This document shows positions 60,500-64,000 of a stretch of 64,000 bases of DNA, in pieces. Every line of letters begins with the position of its first letter. The stretch's first letter is position 1. The translations under genes were made by a program, and so were the position numbers. This DNA is from Ginglymostoma cirratum (taxonomy: Eukaryota). Below the pieces are notes generated by a model. That model was not told the origin of the DNA. It ran no database searches and saw nothing but the letters and a program-made list of their open reading frames with translations. The stretch is from positions 260,738-324,737 of the forward strand of contig JAHRHZ010000266.1 in NCBI GenBank assembly GCA_024137785.1, in the 5' to 3' direction.

Positions 60500-62610
60500 G
60501 GAGACAATAAGGACTGTAGGTGCTGGAAGCTAGAGTCTGTAGGTCTGAGGCTGGAAAAGCACAGCAGGTCAGGCAGCATCAGAGGCGCAGGAAAGTCAAT
60601 CTTTTGGGCCGAAACCCTTTGTCAAGACTTGGGAGAGGGAGGGTAGCCCAGAAATACATAGGTGGGGGTGTGGGGCTGGGCAAAGGTTAGGGAGAGATGG
60701 TGATAGGTGGATGCAGGTAGGGGTTTATGGAGATTGGTTCATGGGAAGGGTGGAGCAGATAGGTGAATAGGAAGATGGACAGGTTAGGTCAGGTCAGGAA
60801 GTGGAGGGCTGGACATGGGATAAGGCTAGGGGTGGAGGGATTTTGGAGCTGGTGTAATCAATGTTCAGGCCCTTGGGCTGTAAGCTCCCAAGGTGAAATA
60901 TTAGGTGTTGTTCCTCCAGTTTACATTTGGCCTCACTCTGACAGTGGAGGAGACCAAGGATGGACATGTTATCAGGGGAGTGGGAGGGAAAATTAAAATG
61001 GATGGCAACTGGAAGGTCGGTTGATACATGCAGAGTGTAGATACTCTGTGAACTGGTCCTCGAGTCTGCATTTGGTGTACAAGAGACCACATCAGGAGCA
61101 ATGGATGCAATAGATAATGTTGAATGAAGTGTAGGTGAATCTCTGCCAGATCTGGAAGGATTGTTCGGGGTCTCAGACGGAGGCGAAATGAGTGGTGTAG
61201 GGGCAAGTGTTGTACCTCCTGTGCTTACTGGGAAAGATACTGGGTGTGGTGGAGAGTGTAGAGTTAACAAGGGAGTTGCGGACTGACTGGTCCCTGCAGA
61301 AAGCAGACGGGGGTGAGGAAGAAAACTTGTGCGGTGGGGTCTGTTTGTAGGTGGCAGAAAAGTCAGAGGATGATGCATTGAATCCGGAGGTTGGCGGGGT
61401 GGTCCGTGAGGACTAAGAGAACGCTATCCCTATTGCTGTTGGGGGAAGAAGGTTTGAGGGAAGAAGTGCAGAAAATGGAGGAGAGGCAGTCGAGGGCATC
61501 CTTAATTACAGAGGAGGGGAAATTACAGACCCTAAAGGAGGAGTATATCTGGAATGTCCTGGAGTAAAATGCTTCATCCTGGGAGCAGATGTGGCAGAGG
61601 CAGAGGAACTGGGAGTATGGGATAGCATTTTTGCAGGATGGTGGGTGACAGGAGGTGTAGTCAAAGTAGTTCTGGGAGTCAATGCGGTTTGAAATGGATG
61701 TCGGTGGTGAGTCGGTTTCCAAAGATGGAGATGGAGAGGTCCAGAAATGGGAGGGAGTGTCAGAAATAGTCCAGGTGAATTTGAGGACAGGGTGGAAGGT
61801 GTTGGCGAAGTTGATGAACTGCTCAAGCACTTCATGGGAGCACTAGGTCACACCAATGCAGTCACCAATCTAGCGGAGAAAAAGGTGAAGGTGAAGGTAG
61901 TTGTGGAAGAGGGGCTGTTCCACAAATCCTACAAAGAGGCAGGCATAGCTCGGGCCCATGTGGGTGCCCATAGCCACCCCTTTGGTTTGTAAGAAGTGGG
62001 AGGAAGCAAAGGAGAAATTGTTGAGTGTGAACGCCTGTTTAGCAAGCGAATGTGTCAGTGGAGGGAGACTGGCTGGACCTACAGAAGAAGAAGAAGAAGC
62101 CTTCCATGTGGGCAATACAGGTGTATAGACTCTGTATTTCCATGGTGAAGATGAGGTGTTGGGAGCCGGGGAGTTGAAAGTTTTAGAAAAGGTGGAGGGC
62201 ATGGGTTGTGTCACGAATTAAGGTAGGAAGTTCCTGGACCAAAGGGGATAGAATGGAGTCTAGGTAGGAGCAGATGAGCTCGGTGGGGCAGGACCAGGCA
62301 GAGACAATGGGTCAACTGGGGCAGTCAGGTTTATGAATTTTGGGTAGGAGATAGAAACAGGCAGTGCAGAGTTGGGGAACTAACAGATTGGAAGCTGTGG
62401 ACAGGAGTTCTCCCGAAGTGATGAGGTTGTTGATAGTCTGGGAGATGATGGTTTGGTGATCAGAGGTGGGATCATGATTGAGAGGACGGTAGGAGGAGAT
62501 ATCAGAGAGTTGGCATCTGGCCTCAGCGCTGTAGAGGTCAATACTAACACCACGCTCTCCTTGTCAGCAGGTTTAAAAGTGAAGTTGGGGTTGGAGTCAA
62601 GGGAGTGAAG
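60500..62610 (-). mobile_element. Decayed PLE (RT + GIY-YIG + pLTR + tail)
   Basis: KPADK, QTKGVAMGTHMGPSYACLF, CSQDEAF, LEEQHLIFHLGSLQP; degenerate hammerhead at ~60595-60628. Confidence 0.85.
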
Positions 62611-62729
62611 GGCTGCCCTCTTGCCTGGATGAGTGCAATTCCAATAACACTCAAGAAGCTTTACACCATCCAGGACAAAGCAGCTCACTTCACTGGCAGC
62701 ACAACCACAAACCTCCACTTCCTCTTCCA

Positions 62730-63038
62730 CGGTGGCACAGTGGTTAGCACTACTGCCTCACAGCACTGGGGACTCGAGTTCGATTCCAGCCTCGGGTGAC
62801 TGTCTGTGTGGAGTTTACACATTCTTCCTGTGTCTGCGTGGGTTTCCTCTGGGTGCTCCGGTTTCCTCCCACAGTCCAAAGATGTGCAGGTTAGGTGGAT
62901 TGGCCATGCTAAATTACCTGTAGTGTTCAGGGAGGTGTAGATTAGGGGGATGGGTCTGGGTGGGATAGCCTTGAGGTTCGGTGTGGACTTGTTGGGCCTA
63001 AAGGGCCTGTTTCCATACAGTAGGGATTCTATGATTCT
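62730..63038 (+). mobile_element. HE1-like SINE
   Basis: HE1 head, core and gattctatgattct tail. Confidence 0.9.
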
Positions 63039-63439
63039 CTACAACCAACAATCAGTAGCAGCAGTATGTACCACCTGCAAGATGCATTGCTGAAATTCAC
63101 TAAGGCTCCTTATATAGCACCTTCCAAACCCATGACTACTACCATCTAGAAGGACAAGAGCAACAGATACATGGGAACACTACCATTTGCATGTCACTCA
63201 CCATCCTGACTTCAAAATGTGTTTTTGCTCCTTCACTGTTGCTAATCAAAATACTAGAAGTCCCTCCATAACAGCATTGTGGGACTACCTACAGTAAATT
63301 GACTGCAGCAGTTCAAGAAGACAGCTCACCATCACCTTCTCAAGGGCAACTAGGAATGGGCAGTAAAAGCTGGTCCAGCCAATGATCCCACATCCCATCA
63401 ACAAATGAAAAGGTTAAAAAAAATGAGAAAGAACCAATG

Positions 63440-64000
63440 AATATGAAGCATTGGGGTTTTGATAAAGTCCCTCATAACAAGTTAGTATACAAAATTAAAG
63501 TACATAAGATTGGAGATATCATGAATTGAGAATTGGCTAACAGGAAATAAATTGGAATAAGTCAGTCTTTCTTAGAATGGAAGACAGTAACTAGTGGGGT
63601 CCCATAAGGATCAGTGTTTGGGCCAGTTATTCACAACATCGATCAACGATTTGGATTTGATTATCAAAGGTAATATTTCCATGTTTGTTTAAAACAACAA
63701 AATTGGTGGTATTGAGAGTGGTGAGATGCCAATAAAGAGGTTCAAAGCAATTTAGACAAATTGAGCTAGTGGCCAAATACAGAATAACATGGGTAAACAT
63801 GAAGTTATCCACTTCAGTAAGAGGAGCAGGATGACAGAGTAATATTTAGAAGTGATAGATTGGAAAGTGTTCATGTACCCCAATCACCAAAGCAAGCATG
63901 TAGACGCAGCAAACAATGATGAAGGCAAATGGTACGTTGGCCTTTATTGCAATAGGATTTGAGTGCAGGAGCAAGGATGTCTTTCTGCAGCTGTACAGGG
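63440..64000 (+). mobile_element. CR1 RT fragment running off the window
   Basis: FDKVPH, VTSGVP.GSV.GP, KANGTLAFIA.GFECRS. Confidence 0.75.

Larger units (their letters stand above)
55880..63420 (+). mobile_element. Fragmented CR1/L2-group LINE(s) with a SINE-like head (same family as 26248-31410)
   Basis: Head at ~56212, APE pieces to 57050, RT 59660-60498 (LTDDCIMFS, IYKAQVRSVMEY), resuming at 62613 to the tail at ~63420. Confidence 0.6.

Overview
Repeat-dense vertebrate genomic DNA, very probably from a shark or other cartilaginous fish (HE1-type V-SINEs and CR1/HER1-like LINEs throughout). The only host gene seen is on the minus strand at 112-10867 and runs off the left edge. It is an Ig-superfamily type I receptor with a signal-peptide exon, a Siglec-15-like V-set exon that keeps the sialic-acid-binding Arg, a second V-set exon and an uncharged transmembrane exon. 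It carries two apparent inactivating lesions: an in-frame TAA in V2 and an AG>AA acceptor mutation at the TM exon. The remaining ~53 kb is nested mobile DNA: CR1, Rex1/Babar and RTE LINE remnants, SINEs, two decayed Gypsy elements, Harbinger/hAT remnants and a minisatellite. The most striking pattern is a Penelope-like element (PLE) system. It comprises a young RT + GIY-YIG copy plus about a dozen 90-300 bp derivatives, many of them head-to-head hairpins with 10-16 bp target-site duplications (TSDs). These carry minimal type I hammerhead ribozyme motifs and tend to begin at the ribozyme and end at one of two fixed 3' positions. All calls come from reading the sequence; no searches or folding were run.
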